DNA of 64,000 bases from Eledone cirrhosa (lineage: Eukaryota). Of this stretch, positions 29,691 to 43,551 are shown one piece after another; positions within the stretch are counted from its first letter, which is position 1, and every line of letters starts with the position of its first letter. The stretch is taken from the NCBI GenBank assembly GCA_964016885.1, contig OZ024743.1, positions 91,636,001 through 91,700,000 on the forward strand, written 5' to 3'. Both the position numbers and the translations under genes were made by a program. Below the pieces are notes generated by a model that did not search any database, had not been told where the DNA came from, and saw only the letters and a program-made list of their open reading frames with translations.

Positions 29691-29874
29691 GGCGGTGGAT
29701 TGGCAGTATCGGTAGAGGGTCGGACGCCATGCTTTCCAGGGTAGTTACGTCCCTTAACGATCTGAGTTCAAATACCGCCGAGGTTGACTTTGCCTTTCAT
29801 CCTTACGGGGGCGATAAAATAAAGTACCAGTAATGCACTGGGTAATTGCTGGCCTTGTGCCAAAAGTAGACACA
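29691..29874 (+). mobile_element. Full-length tRNA-derived SINE with 15-bp TSD
   Basis: GGCGGTGGATTGGCAG head, B-box GAGTTCAAATACC. TSD ATTATTCTAACATCA at 29676-29690 and 29875-29889. Confidence 0.9.
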
Positions 29875-30207
29875 ATTATTCTAACATCACTTTATTTTCT
29901 ACTTTTTATTGAATTCTCATACTAATGTAAACCACATCTAATTCCCTCCCCGAAGTCTAGAATTATGATTATATATATGTATATATAGTAAAGTAGGAAG
30001 ATTAAACATGTTCATCTTCTCACGTGAAACGATCGTCTGCTTCAACTAATTACTAACTTATGAGGGATTATTTACAATGAACCCTTTGATAACGAATCTC
30101 ATTAGTTCCAGTACTTCTTTCATTACCTTAACACTTAAACTATATGGATTTAGGGATGCGAGTCATCCCTTTAAAGATTTATAAAATACAGGTAATCACT
30201 AAAAAAT

Positions 30208-30412
30208 AATGATTTTTATTAAGGCACAAAGCCAACAATTTTTGGGGATGGGAAAATCGATTAAATCGACATCAGTGCATTACTGGTACTTCATTTTATA
30301 GAACCCGTAAGGATGAAAAGCAAAGCTAACCTCTGCTGGATTTGAAATCAGAACATAAAGGCCGTAACTATATGCTGCAAAGCATCTTATCCGACGCGCC
30401 AATCTACCACAC
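30208..30412 (-). mobile_element. Major-family SINE
   Basis: Reverse-complement match to the family. Confidence 0.75.
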
Positions 30413-30883
30413 TACCCATTACCAAATTAATGGAAACACATTCGTTACCATTTCGTTACCACATACGTTCATTGCCGAAGGGTCCATTGTACCATGGAAA
30501 AACACCACCATGTCAAAGCAAATGAAAGATTGTTATTTGAATAACATTAATTTTCTAACTTGTTGAAATGAAATAAATCTTATCCACACTTTTAAATGTT
30601 CTCAAACTAAATTACAAATGACTTGACTTAGCTTCTCTTGGCGATAACGCTGTGGTTAGTTTACCTTGGTAGAGATAAAGAGACAAACACAGATCTGGGG
30701 TGGGTGAGAGATGTCTTCTTTTTTGAAAATGAATATAGCTTTCACTATGTAAAATCTCCCCATTTTGCCTCATTTTTCCCCATTTTGGGGCACCTTTCTT
30801 CATGGTACACTCTGTTGAGTTTTTAACAGGTTGGCAGGTCTGCAAACATAGGAAATATTTACTGCCATATAATATCTTTTATA

Positions 30884-31015
30884 AGGCGACGAATTGGCAG
30901 AGCTGATAGATGTTTTGCAGTATTCGTTCCAGATCTCTGCACTCTAAGTTCAAATCTTGCCGAGGTAGACTTTGCCTTTCATCCTTTCGAGATGGATAAA
31001 AAAATAAGTTCCAGA
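30884..31015 (+). mobile_element. Major-family SINE, degenerate
   Basis: ggcgacgaattggcag...gttcaaatcttgccgaggtagactttgcctttcatcc. Confidence 0.7.
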
Positions 31016-31278
31016 ACTTGTGTCGGTTCTTATACCCCTCTCTCTCACTTCCTCTCTATCACTTTTACTCCTTCTCTGGAAAAAAACCGGCCGTGTTCAG
31101 ACCTGGGCAGTGATGAGCTCCGCCAGGTTTAAAATACCCAAGACACGATGGCACCTCTACGACACCATCAGGAGTTATGAATCCATCCATATATAATATA
31201 TATTATCTTCTAGATACTTCTTGGTGTTATGCTTGTAGCATTTATTTGTCTTCTTTGGTCTCTATTTGTTGTATGTGA

Positions 31279-31590
31279 AAGCACGTTACTTAGTAGTTAG
31301 GGTGCTCGGTTCACGAGCGTAAGGTTATGAGTTCGAGTCCTAAACCAGGTGGCGTGACGTGTCCTAAAGCAAAACATTTTATTTTACGTTGCTCCTGTCC
31401 ACACAGCTGGAAAGAAATGTGTTGTACCTCGTCACACACTATCATGTTGAATCTCCCTGAGAATTAGGTTATGAGTACATGTGTGTGTGTATGAAATGCT
31501 CGGCCACTTGCACGTTAATTTCATGTACAGACAGTTTCCTTTATTAAACAACTGGAACACTCATCGTCGAAACTGACGCAAGTCCAACAT
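31279..31590 (+). mobile_element. tRNA-derived SINE with CORE-like body
   Basis: ttagtagttagggtgctc...gagttcgagtcc...gtgtcctaaagcaaaaca. Homologous to 5860-6160. Confidence 0.7.
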
Positions 31591-31664
31591 ATTGTTTGTT
31601 TTCTGGACTTTATACAAATGATTCAACATTTCTAAGATTAAAGTGAAAATGATAATTGCCAGAT

Positions 31665-31881
31665 AATGGTTTTTGATTTAGGCACAAAGCCAACACTTTT
31701 GGTGGTGGGGGGGGGGGGGGGGGAAGTCGATTAAATCGATCCCAGTACATAACTGGTGCTTTATTTATCAACCCCGTAAGGATGGATGAAAGGCAAAGCT
31801 AAGCTGGGTGGGATTTGAACTCAGAACGTAAAGGGCCGTAACTCTATACTGCGAAGCTTGGTGTCTGACACTCCACCGCCC
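31665..31881 (-). mobile_element. Major-family SINE (long subfamily)
   Basis: Reverse-complement match including the gtcgattaaatcga segment. Confidence 0.8.
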
Positions 31882-32160
31882 TATAATTGCCAGATAATGA
31901 TAGATGGAGTTATATTTTTCTTTCTCCTTTAACCCTTTTGATGCCGACCCACCGAAAACCATCCATTTTAAAGGGTTCCTATTTAAATTAAAATTTCCCA
32001 ACATAATTCCATATAAGAACTTTTTGTTAGGTTATGTTATAGATACCATCTTAATAAAACAATGGTCAACCAATGATAAAAATTGAATGCCAGCTAAATT
32101 ATTTATAAAAAATATAAAGATATACTGAGCTGAAGCGAAAACTAAACCAAACAGTGAGTG

Positions 32161-32328
32161 GATGAGGCGTTTTTAGAGTCTGTCGTCGAGTCGTTGTGCG
32201 ACGATGAACTTGGGTCCGAGGCGTAGGAGTTTCAGTTCGTTGCTCGTTAGAGTGCCGGTTAGGTCGGTGACCAGGTGCGTCGTATCGTTGAGGTGTGGCT
32301 CGGTGTTGGTGACCAACACCGAGTCATA
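32161..32328 (-). pseudogene. PLE N-terminal coding fragment between 13-bp direct repeats
   Basis: LVTDLTGTLTSNELKLLRLGPKF resembles the PLE N-terminal V.NLS..LT..E..LL..G..F motif. CAAACAGTGAGTG at 32148-32160 and 32329-32341. Confidence 0.55.
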
Positions 32329-32373
32329 CAAACAGTGAGTGTGTTTTATTTTTATAATTATTTTTGACAATTA

Positions 32374-32705
32374 GGACGGTGGAATGGCAGTATCGGTAGA
32401 GCGTCAGATACTATGCTTTTCAGCATAGAGTCATGGCCCTTTACGTTCTCAGTTCAAATCCCACCGAGGTTAACTTTGCCTTACGGGGTCGTTAAAATAA
32501 AATACCAGTCATTTAATCGACTTTCCCCTCCCCGCAAAATTGTTGGCCTTGTGCTTGAATAAGAAACCATTATTATTTTTGGTCTGAGTTCAAATCCCGC
32601 CGAGGTTAATTTTGCCTTTCATCCTTACGGGGTCGATAAAATAAAGTACCAGTAATGTACTGGGTATTTGCTGGCCTTGTGCCTAAAGTAGAAACAATTA
32701 TTATT
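32374..32705 (+). mobile_element. Two tandem major-family SINE copies
   Basis: Family motifs repeated at 32374-32575 and 32583-32705. Confidence 0.8.
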
Positions 32706-33036
32706 ATTGGCAGTATTAGGACAACATAACCCTCCTCAACTATAACAATATCTCTTTCAACACACGATTTCATATCAAACCTTGCAAAACAAATACATTG
32801 CCGCCTCAATAACTTGAGTAAATCCCGTCAAATATTTCAGCAATTAATCATTATACAGTGTTTTTCATTAGAAATATCATCATGAAAGGGTTAAATGGTT
32901 TTTTTTTCGGACAATAAATACTTCAAATTTTTCAGTAATTAATCATCATACAGATATGACCCCGGATACATTTTTCTTTCTATCTCCTACCTTGTTTCTG
33001 TAACATATTTGCCTTTCTTTTTTCTATATATAACCC

Positions 33037-33099
<63 letters not shown>

Positions 33100-33254
33100 T
33101 CTCTCTCTCTCTCTCTTTCTCCCTCTCTCTCGATTTACCTGCCCCTTTTACACTCCCACTCACTCCCCCTTTCACTATCTCATCAGACATTCCTAGTCCT
33201 GTTCTTCTCTAATAACATATTGAGTAACTAATTTAGCTGTAGTTTCTTTCTGAT

Positions 33255-33480
33255 TCCCTTCAGAAAACCATCCTGAGAGTGAGAGACACCAAGTTCTTGT
33301 TAGGACATTATTCTAGAAGAAGTAAAACTCTGATGTAAAACCTGCCAATGATGTTGAGCTATTCCTCTTATTGGATACCTGTCACCGTTGTTCAAAGAAT
33401 GGAATTGGTCCAGTGTAAGGCCTTTCTTCACTTAACAAAGCTTCAAGCATGTGTTGCGTGAGCAGGGCCTTTTATTTTCT
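33255..33480 (+). mobile_element. Degenerate RTE-related non-autonomous element fragment
   Basis: ttctagaagaagtaaaactc...aatgatgttgagctattc is similar to the 16110-16180 and 53460-53550 segments. Confidence 0.45.
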
Positions 33481-33713
33481 TTCGTTGCAGCATATGCAAG
33501 AAGGAATCTAAGTCCTTAGAAGGGCTAACAGGTCACGTTCGTGCCACCCACGCATGAGAAAAAGGGTTCTACAGGACTAGAACTGTTTCATTTAGTTCTA
33601 CTCGTGTACAAGCCATTTCTATATTAATTTTTGTTGTTCTCACCCTACTAATGTAATGAGTACCTTATTTACTGTGGTTACCCCCGATTTAACTCGGGAT
33701 CTCTCTCTCTCTC

Positions 33714-33826
<113 letters not shown>

Positions 33827-34067
33827 CAATATATTTAGAAACACACAGATACATGCGGACACACACATATATACATGAATGCATCCGCACCCAACTGTGA
33901 GTTAAGGGTGCCAACTTCACCGATGTTGCTCAATGAATGACTGGGACAGACCAATTCAGTTGAACCAGACTGAACCAGTATCAGAGTTAAAAATACATTA
34001 TGAAGAGAGAAGAAACATTTAGATATAATTAGTAATAAAAAGTATCATACCTAAGCTGCTCCTAAAT

Positions 34068-34155
34068 TCCTCGACTACGTAGTTTCGTGGCATAAACAAA
34101 AACAATATATCAAAGATATAGAGTCCTTGCGAGGTCTGCCGACTTATCAAGAGGA
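34068..34155 (-). ncRNA. Hammerhead ribozyme, U3-A8 core variant
   Basis: Reverse complement of the 34864-34951 motif. Confidence 0.75.
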
Positions 34156-34270
34156 TACCTCATTTTACTAGTCTCAAGAACGTTATATCGCGTGACTATC
34201 TCCCCCTCCGCCTTTTGGGATTCTTTCTCACGCCGTGTAGACGCGTTCTTGAGACTAGTAAAATGAGGTA

Positions 34271-34358
34271 TCCTCTTGATAAGTCGGCAGACCTCGCAAG
34301 GACTCTATATCTTTGATATATTGTTTTTGTTTATGCCACGAAACTATGTAGTCGAGGA
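34271..34358 (+). ncRNA. Hammerhead ribozyme, U3-A8 core variant
   Basis: TCCTC-TTGATAA-GTcGGCA...TGCCAC-GAAAC-TATGTA-GTC-GAGGA. Confidence 0.75.
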
Positions 34359-34863
34359 ATTTAGGAGCAGCTTAGGTATGATACTTTTTATTACTAATTA
34401 TATCTAAATGTTTCTTCTCTCTTCATAATGTATTTTTAACTCTGATACTGGTTCAGTCTGGTTCAACTGAATTGGTCTGTCCCAGTCATTCATTGAGCAA
34501 CATCGGTGAAGTTGGCACCCTTAACTCACAGTTGGGTGCGGATGCATTCATGTATATATGTGTGTGTCCGCATGTATCTGTGTGTTTCTAAATATATTGT
34601 TAATAACTCCCTCTGGTCGAGCAATCTTTGAAGTGTGGGGACAACTGGAAAGCTTCCATTACTCATACTTTTCGCCTTCTTCACCACCTCTTCTACGGCC
34701 TCGATATGAATACCCCCTCCGCCTCCGTGGTATTTTCTTCGTGGTTATAAGAGGCTTAGCTCTGTTTCTCGACCGTTATGTCGCGTGACTATCTCCCCCT
34801 CCGCCTTTTGGGATTCTTTCTCACGCCGTGTAGACGCGTTCTTGAGACTAGTAAAATGAGGTA

Positions 34864-34951
34864 TCCTCTTGATAAGTCGGCAGACCTCGCAAGGACTCTA
34901 TATCTTTGATATATTGTTTTTGTTTATGCCACGAAACTACGTAGTCGAGGA
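34864..34951 (+). ncRNA. Hammerhead ribozyme, U3-A8 core variant
   Basis: TCCTC-TTGATAA-GTcGGCA...TGCCAC-GAAAC-TACGTA-GTC-GAGGA. Palindromic stem/loop III (ACTACGTAGT), GUC triplet. Confidence 0.8.
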
Positions 34952-35020
34952 ATTTAGGAGCAGCTTAGGTATGATACTTTTTATTACTAATTATATCTAA
35001 ATGTTTCTTCTCTCTTCATA

Positions 35021-35100
<80 letters not shown>

Positions 35101-35294
35101 GAGGGTCAGGTGAACATTTCGTACGGTTGATGTCTGTGCTGTGAAATCTGTGCGTGGAATGCTCAGCTCCTTACCAATAAATTTCGTGTTCTGGCTGTTA
35201 CATTGATCGAACAAACGGAACAGGCAGAGTTGAAACCGACGGAGGCCCAAGGTTCGCTTATCTTTTCATCTTTTTTAAATTAATATGAAGTGTT

Positions 35295-36397
<1,103 letters not shown>

Positions 36398-36742
36398 TAT
36401 ATATATAAGCACATATCAAAATTAAAATTGTCAAAACATCGAAATATGAACATATGAAAATCTATAAATTATAACAATATAAATCTCTATATAAATTTGA
36501 GCTACCGTCCGTCACACAATGCATATGTGTGTTTGCGTGAATGTGTGTGTGTGTGTGTGTGTGTGCATTCGTGTGTGTTTGTGTGTGTTTGTGTCAATGT
36601 ATGTGTATTCGTGTGAATGTATGTCTGTGAGTGTGAGCGAGGGGTGTTTGTGTGTATTTGTGAGACTGTATGTCTGTGAGTGTGTATTTTTGTAAGTGTG
36701 TCTGTGTTTGCGTGTTTATATATTTATATACTCATACATATA

Positions 36743-36819
<77 letters not shown>

Positions 36820-37163
36820 GCGCGCGCGCACACGCACACGCACACGCACGCACATATACACATACGCGTCAGCGTATTGAAAACATTTTTTATTATATAA
36901 AACTATGTAAAATAACATAAGTATCACGAAAATATCTGACAGAAGTTTACAGAGAAATCTAAGCAATATAGCAAATCATATATGGATAGAAAGAGAGAAC
37001 GGAAGATGTCTGAGAAGCGGGATGATAGAACACTACAGCAAATCATGCAAGAAACCAATCATGCAGATATTGATGTATATATAAAGTAGCCAATTGGGAA
37101 TTAATCAAATTGATTTGAAAGATCGAATCAATAATCAAAAACCTATTTAAAGCTTATATGTAT

Positions 37164-37218
<55 letters not shown>

Positions 37219-37294
37219 GTATGTATGGGTATATATATATATATGTATATATAATAGAATAATGAAATACAAAGTAGTTTCAGATGATAAAGTC

Positions 37295-37350
<56 letters not shown>

Positions 37351-37397
37351 GCACACACACGTACACACACACACACATATATAAATATATACATAAG

Positions 37398-37485
<88 letters not shown>

Positions 37486-37861
37486 TATATATATATATAC
37501 ATATATATGTGTGTATATGTATGTATGTACATATATATATATATATATATGATCAAGTGAAGTAGGTAATCAAATAGGTAGAGATGTGAGATGTAATATA
37601 TTAGTTGCTCGAGTCAACCCCCACACCAGCAGCGTCTCATTAAGAGTGATGGGGACGGGGCGATAATTTAGTGGGTGTGTAGTAATTCGTCGGTATGTAT
37701 GTAAGTCCATGTTTCTGCATGCGTGCGTTTATGTGTGTGCTTGCGTTTACACGCGTATTGTGTAACTTAACATCACACTTTCAGACACAGTTACGCATAT
37801 ATATACGTATAAAAATATACAGAGACATAATGCACATATATACATGTATATGCATGTATGA

Positions 37862-37925
<64 letters not shown>

Positions 37926-37966
37926 GAGTGCGTGTGAGTGTGTGTGTGTGCGTGCGTGCGTGCATG

Positions 37967-37997
<31 letters not shown>

Positions 37998-38012
37998 ATA
38001 TATAGTCTGGAG

Positions 38013-38056
<44 letters not shown>

Positions 38057-38058
<2 letters not shown>

Positions 38059-38184
38059 CGAAGGAAATGTGGTAAGGAACCAGATGGACCATAACGCACC
38101 AAAGTACTCAATACTTAGGGTAGAATACGTCCAGAATTAGCCGTCGAAACGGCTTGAGCTCTGCCGTCGGGGTCATACTTGTTC

Positions 38185-38187
<3 letters not shown>
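38057..38187. mobile_element. Miniature Penelope pLTR derivative (inverted terminus joined to direct piece)
   Basis: Same two sequences as 2503-2570 and 2898-2955, flanked by TA tracts. Confidence 0.75.
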
Positions 38188-38256
<69 letters not shown>

Positions 38257-38260
<4 letters not shown>

Positions 38261-38975
38261 GGATCATCAGCTTGGTTTAAATGAGATTGTACGGAAAAGG
38301 AAAAACAATTGACGAATACGCATGTGCAGAAATAGTCACTTCCCAAAGGGGATGTAACCCACGTTGGATCGGAGACAACTGTGGATACTTAAAATAAAAA
38401 TAGATTGTTCATGTTATTCAGTCCAGAATATTATAGATTGTTCATGTCTTGAATCATCTACCCGGACAAACGATTGTCCACGAAGCTCGCGAACAACATA
38501 TGGTCCCTCAAGGACGTAGGCGTGGATTACTCCATTCAATGGAAAGTTATTAATAAGTCTAAGCCATACGGAAATTTGAATCCATCTTGTGCCTGTGAAA
38601 TGGAGAAACAATCAATATCCTGTGAAGATTGCATAATAGCGCTTGTCTAAATTCAAGGAATTAACTTTTTTCGCGTTGTCCACTCGTCTGGAAACACCTA
38701 TTACGTAATTACAAAGCTCCAGACTGACTAACGTGATCAATCTATAATATTCAGGTCTGAATGACATGAATAATCTATTTTTATTCTGAGTATTCACAGT
38801 CGTCTGCCTGCACAGAGCCAACGTGGGTTATCACGCCTTTGGGAAGTGATTGTTTCTGCACATGCGTGTTCGTACAATTGTTTTTCCTTTTCCGTACAAA
38901 ACCGAGCTGATGATCCAAATAAGGTGAAACAATTGTTGTCAGAAATGGTGAATTAACTGTTGTGGAACTACTTCT
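38257..38975. mobile_element. Fold-back element with ~105-bp inverted arms and a hammerhead-like motif
   Basis: 38261-38367 is inverted relative to 38818-38916. GAG-CTGATGA-tCC aaataa GGt-GAAAC-AATT-GTT at 38904-38940, with an imperfect stem I. Confidence 0.6.
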
Positions 38976-39170
38976 ATATATATATAAAGAGAAAAAATGA
39001 CTTCACTTGTAGTTCTAAACAATTTGATTTAATTTTATAATATGATTTTACAATTTGGTATAAAATTAAATCAATTAATTTGGTATAAAATTAAATCAAA
39101 TTGTTTAGAACTACAAGTTCTTTTCCTTTTTTAAATATACCTAACTGTACCAGGGATTTCACACATTTTT

Positions 39171-39206
<36 letters not shown>

Positions 39207-39243
39207 AATCAAAGAACGCCTATATACTCACACAATTTTTATT

Positions 39244-39290
39244 CGCTGACAATGTTTCATCCATACCGTGGGGCAGGAATCATCAGAGCG
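39244..39290 (-). ncRNA. Type I hammerhead ribozyme
   Basis: Reverse complement of 43156-43202. Confidence 0.82.
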
Positions 39291-40795
39291 TTATAAACAA
39301 AAATATAGTGTTGAATATAAATTCTACCAAGCTTAGTCACCAGAACAGTAGAGATACAGTACAGGATAATAAGAGGGAGATTGGAGATGAGAAGGATGGA
39401 GAGAATGCGTAATGGGGTTGTTAGTCAACATTATAGCAACATATGAGAATACAAGAAGATTTTCTCACAAGAAACTGAGGCATGTGAAGGTACACAAAAG
39501 CAATTAAAAGCAATTAAAGATAATTAAAGATAATTAAAAAAGAGAGAAAAAGAAATTAAGGCATGTGAAGGCACACAAAAGCAACAAGCGAAGGTATGCA
39601 TTGGTCACTATAGAAGACAGGTGAGTTAGTTTTCCATGACTTTGAGTCATAGAGTATCAGACGAGAAACAGAGGCAAGTGAATGCACACAGAAGCAATTA
39701 AATGATATATGCAATATGCACTATAGGACGCAGGTAAGGTAAATTAATATCACATGACTTAGAGTCATATGTCGTATCTGCCCTAACTATGGGTTCATAG
39801 GGTAAATCACAGGGCCCACGAACATCACAATAGTCAATATTAGAATGTTTATCAGATAAGTTTCATTTCACCACGAACAAGGCGTGTCCCAAGTCACCGT
39901 AAGGGGAAGGATCCCAGCCCAGCAGGATCACATCCTCCCATTCGGTGGGCAAGTTCGATATGTCATGGTAGTATAGCTAGTGTTTTAAATGGCAAGTTAC
40001 AAACTCGATTACTCAACAGCAACCATATAACACTCACTAGAGGTGCACTCAAGAATAATAAATAAAAAAGACTATTAATGATCCCTGATGTATCAATCAT
40101 TAAATTCAGGCCATCATACATCTGATGCCCCTCTACGGGGAGAGAACATAACTCCGCCATTGGGTATCCTACATAGGAGCCTTTCGTATCAACACGAACC
40201 AGAGAATTAATTCATACAGATTTCCCTGCGATGCAGGACTCTGCATCACACTGGGGTGTCACATAGAAAAATACCATGAGACCCTTAAGGTATCTTAAGA
40301 AAGTCCGAAGGGGATTTTATTCTCCCCCATAGTATGCACAATCAGGGTATACCAGTAGGTTATGAAATTACGTGGATAAGAGGTGTTAAGTTTGCATAGG
40401 GATAGGTACACCACCGATAGAAGTCAACATACCGGCGAAGCGGGGTCGATGCATAAACAAGCTGAAGCAATCAATACATAACAAACATGGTTTAGTCACT
40501 GTTTAAGGCTTATTTGGCGAGGAGTCATAACATATGTAGATCATCCGTAGATGGTAATCCAACCGTATTTATATGTCTTAATTGGGGAGAAGTCATAACA
40601 TATGTAGATCATCCGTAGATGGTAATCCAACCGTATTCATAAATGTCATCTGTTTGAACCCGACCCTGTATGAACACCTCCCCATAGTAGCATTAGTAAA
40701 GTAAATTACTGTCTTATAAACATATCCTACATTAAACTGGGATTTAATGGCATTTACATTTAATGGCCATTTGACAACTTTGGAGGTCTAATAAT

Positions 40796-40917
40796 AATTG
40801 TTTCTACTTTTGGCACAAGGCAAGCAATTACTCAGTGTATTACTGGTACTTTATTTTATCAACCCCGTAAGGATGAAAGGCAAAGTTAACCTCGGCAGGA
40901 TTTGAACTCAGAACGTA
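40796..40917 (-). mobile_element. 5'-truncated major-family SINE in the palindrome spacer
   Basis: attgtttctacttttggcacaagg...ggatttgaactcagaacgtaa. Confidence 0.8.
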
Positions 40918-41693
40918 ATAATATAGTTTTTTTATTTGTACAAATCTTATTGACACAGCGTGATAAGTCACTTGTTGAATGAATTTTTGCAGCAGTTGGA
41001 AATAAATAATCTCATAGATGATGTGATGAAGTAGTCCCCCTTTCTCTGCCATTGAAACGTCATTAATTCGTGACTGAAAAAAGTAATACCCCGTATGTGC
41101 CTTTTACGTCATGGATTAGTGTGTATATACCTATCGCCATTAGGACGAATTGTGCAGCGGCTGTGTTTATTTTTTGCGGAGCCGGGTTCCTGGATTATTG
41201 CAGGATATGAGAACTATCTTGTACGACTAATGTATACCTGTATGAGTACGTCTTCATTTAACAGACATGCTGTTGAGCCTGGTGGAATTATGGATTTGAT
41301 CTGAGCACTTTTATGTTATTTTTTGTGTTTTACGTTATTCGTTAAACCACGTGCTTTATGCGAAGGGTCAACAGGCGATTACTGCTGCATATAATCAAGC
41401 AATATTTGGACGTGTTTACGGTTGGAATACGGAGTGGGATGCATATAATCATATGAGGATTTGGAATTGTAACATAGACATGTAACACATCTCAGTCTGG
41501 AGTTTTAAACATATGGGGATTTGGATATGTAACGTCGGCTTGTAACACATATTACCATATGTGGTGGTATGTATTGGTGGACATATAAATACGTTTGGAT
41601 TACCATCTACGGATGACCTTTTACGGATGACCATTGACTAATGCTACTATGGGGAGGTGTTCATACAGGGTCGGGTTCAAACAGATGACATTT

Positions 41694-41958
41694 ATGAATA
41701 CGGTTGGATTACCATCTACGGGTGATCTACATGTGTTATGACTTCTCGCCAATTAGGACATATGAATACGGTTGGATTACCATCTACGGATGATCTACAT
41801 GTGTTATGACTTCTCGCCAATTAGGACATATGAATACGGTTGGCTTACCATCTACGGGTGATCTACATGTGTTATGACTTCTCGCCAATTAGGACATATG
41901 AATACGGTTGGATTACCATCTACGGATGATCTACATATGTTATGACTCCTCGCCAAAT
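41694..41958. repeat. 68-bp tandem repeat, about 4 copies (about 2 in the opposite arm)
   Basis: ATGAATACGGTTGG...TTAGGACAT starting at 41694, 41762, 41830 and 41898. Confidence 0.9.
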
Positions 41959-43155
41959 AAGCCTTAAACAGTGACTAAACCATGTTTGTTATGTATTGAT
42001 TGCTTCAGCTTGTTTATGCATCGACCCCGCTTCGCCGGTATGTTGACTTCTATCGGTGGTGTACCTATCCCTATGCAAACTTAACACCTCTTATCCACGT
42101 AATTCCATACCCTACTGATATACCCTGATTGTGCATACTATGGGGGAGAATAAAATCCCCTTTGGACTTTCTTAAGATACCTTAAGGGTCTCATGGTATT
42201 TTCTATGTGACACCCCAGTGTGATGCAGAGTCCTGCATCGCAGGGAAATCTGTATGAATTAATTCTCTGGTTCGTGTTGATACGAAAGGCTCCTATGTAG
42301 GATACCCTATGGCGGCGTTATGCTCTCTCCCCGTAGAGGGGCATCAGCTGTATGATGGCCTGAATTTAATGATTGATACATCAGGGATCATTAATAGTCT
42401 TTTTTATTTATTATTCTTGAGTGCACCTCTAGTGAGTGTTATATGGTTGCTGTTGAGTAATCGAGTTTGTAACTTGCCATTTAAAACACTAGCTATACTA
42501 CCATGACATATCGAACTTGCCCACCGAATGGGAGGATGTGATCCTGCTGGGCTGGGATCCTTCCCCTTACGGTGACTTGGGACACGCCTTGTTCGTGGTG
42601 AAATGAAACTTATCTGATAAACATTCTAATATTGACTATTGTGACGTTCGTGGGCCCTGTGATTTACCCTATGAACCCATAGTTAGGGCAGATACGACAT
42701 ATGACTCTAAGTCATGTGATATTAATTTACCTTACCTGCCTCCTATGGTGCATAGTGCATATATCATTTAATTACTTCTGTGTGCATTCAATTGCCTCTG
42801 TTTCTCGTCTGATACTCTATGACTCAAAGTCATGGAAAACTAACTCACCTGTCTTCTATAGTGACCAATGCATACCTTCGCTTGTTGCTTTTGTGTGCCT
42901 TCACATGCCTTAATTTCTTTTTCCCTCTTTTTTAATTATCTTTAATTATCTTTAATTGCTTTTGTGTACCTTCACATGCCTCATTTTCTTGTGAGAAAAT
43001 CTGCTTGTATTCTCATATTGACTAACAACCCCATTACGCATTCTCTCTATCCTTCTCATCTCCAATCTCCCTCTTATTATCCTGTACTGTATCTCTACTG
43101 TTCTGGTGACTAAGCTTGGTAGAGTTTATATTCAACACTATATTTTTATTTATAA

Positions 43156-43202
43156 CGCTCTGATGATTCCTGCCCCACGGTATGGATGAAACATTGTCAG
43201 CG
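43156..43202 (+). ncRNA. Type I hammerhead ribozyme
   Basis: CGCT-CTGATGA-tTCC tgccccacggtat GGAt-GAAAC-att-GTC-AGCG. Stem I extends via TTTAT/ATAAA across an internal loop. Confidence 0.82.
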
Positions 43203-43349
43203 AATAAAAAATTGTGTGAGTATATAGGCGTTCTTTGATTTCTTTTATCTATAACGGCTCTGTTATTGTACATTGAGCTAATACGATAGTCACAAATACG
43301 ACACTGTGCAGGTGTGCTTATGCACATATGCTTCGCTGTCTACGTAAAT

Positions 43350-43396
<47 letters not shown>

Positions 43397-43551
43397 CTAT
43401 ATATACATATTCATGTCGTATTCTTCCATTGTTTGACATAAAACAGAAATCTAACTGATATCAGTTTCATGTATGTTTATTATAACACGTGTTTCACCAG
43501 CAATCAGATAAAAGCCGTTCTGCATTAGGTATCATTATATAACAGTATGAG

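Larger units (their letters stand above)
39199..43350. mobile_element. 4-kb palindromic element: ~1.5-kb inverted arms, each with a hammerhead near its outer end
   Basis: 39199-40697 is the reverse complement of 41637-43248; duplicated ORFs 39963(-) and 42309(+) confirm it. Spacer about 940 bp. Flanked by TA tracts. Confidence 0.88.

Noticed and set aside
36950-37145. Possible decayed GIY-YIG remnant (LSNIANHIW-like translation)
   Set aside because: Too short and degenerate to support without a profile search.
39963-42506. Duplicated 65-aa ORFs (39963 minus, 42309 plus) as a real gene pair
   Set aside because: A consequence of the inverted duplication; no recognisable domain.
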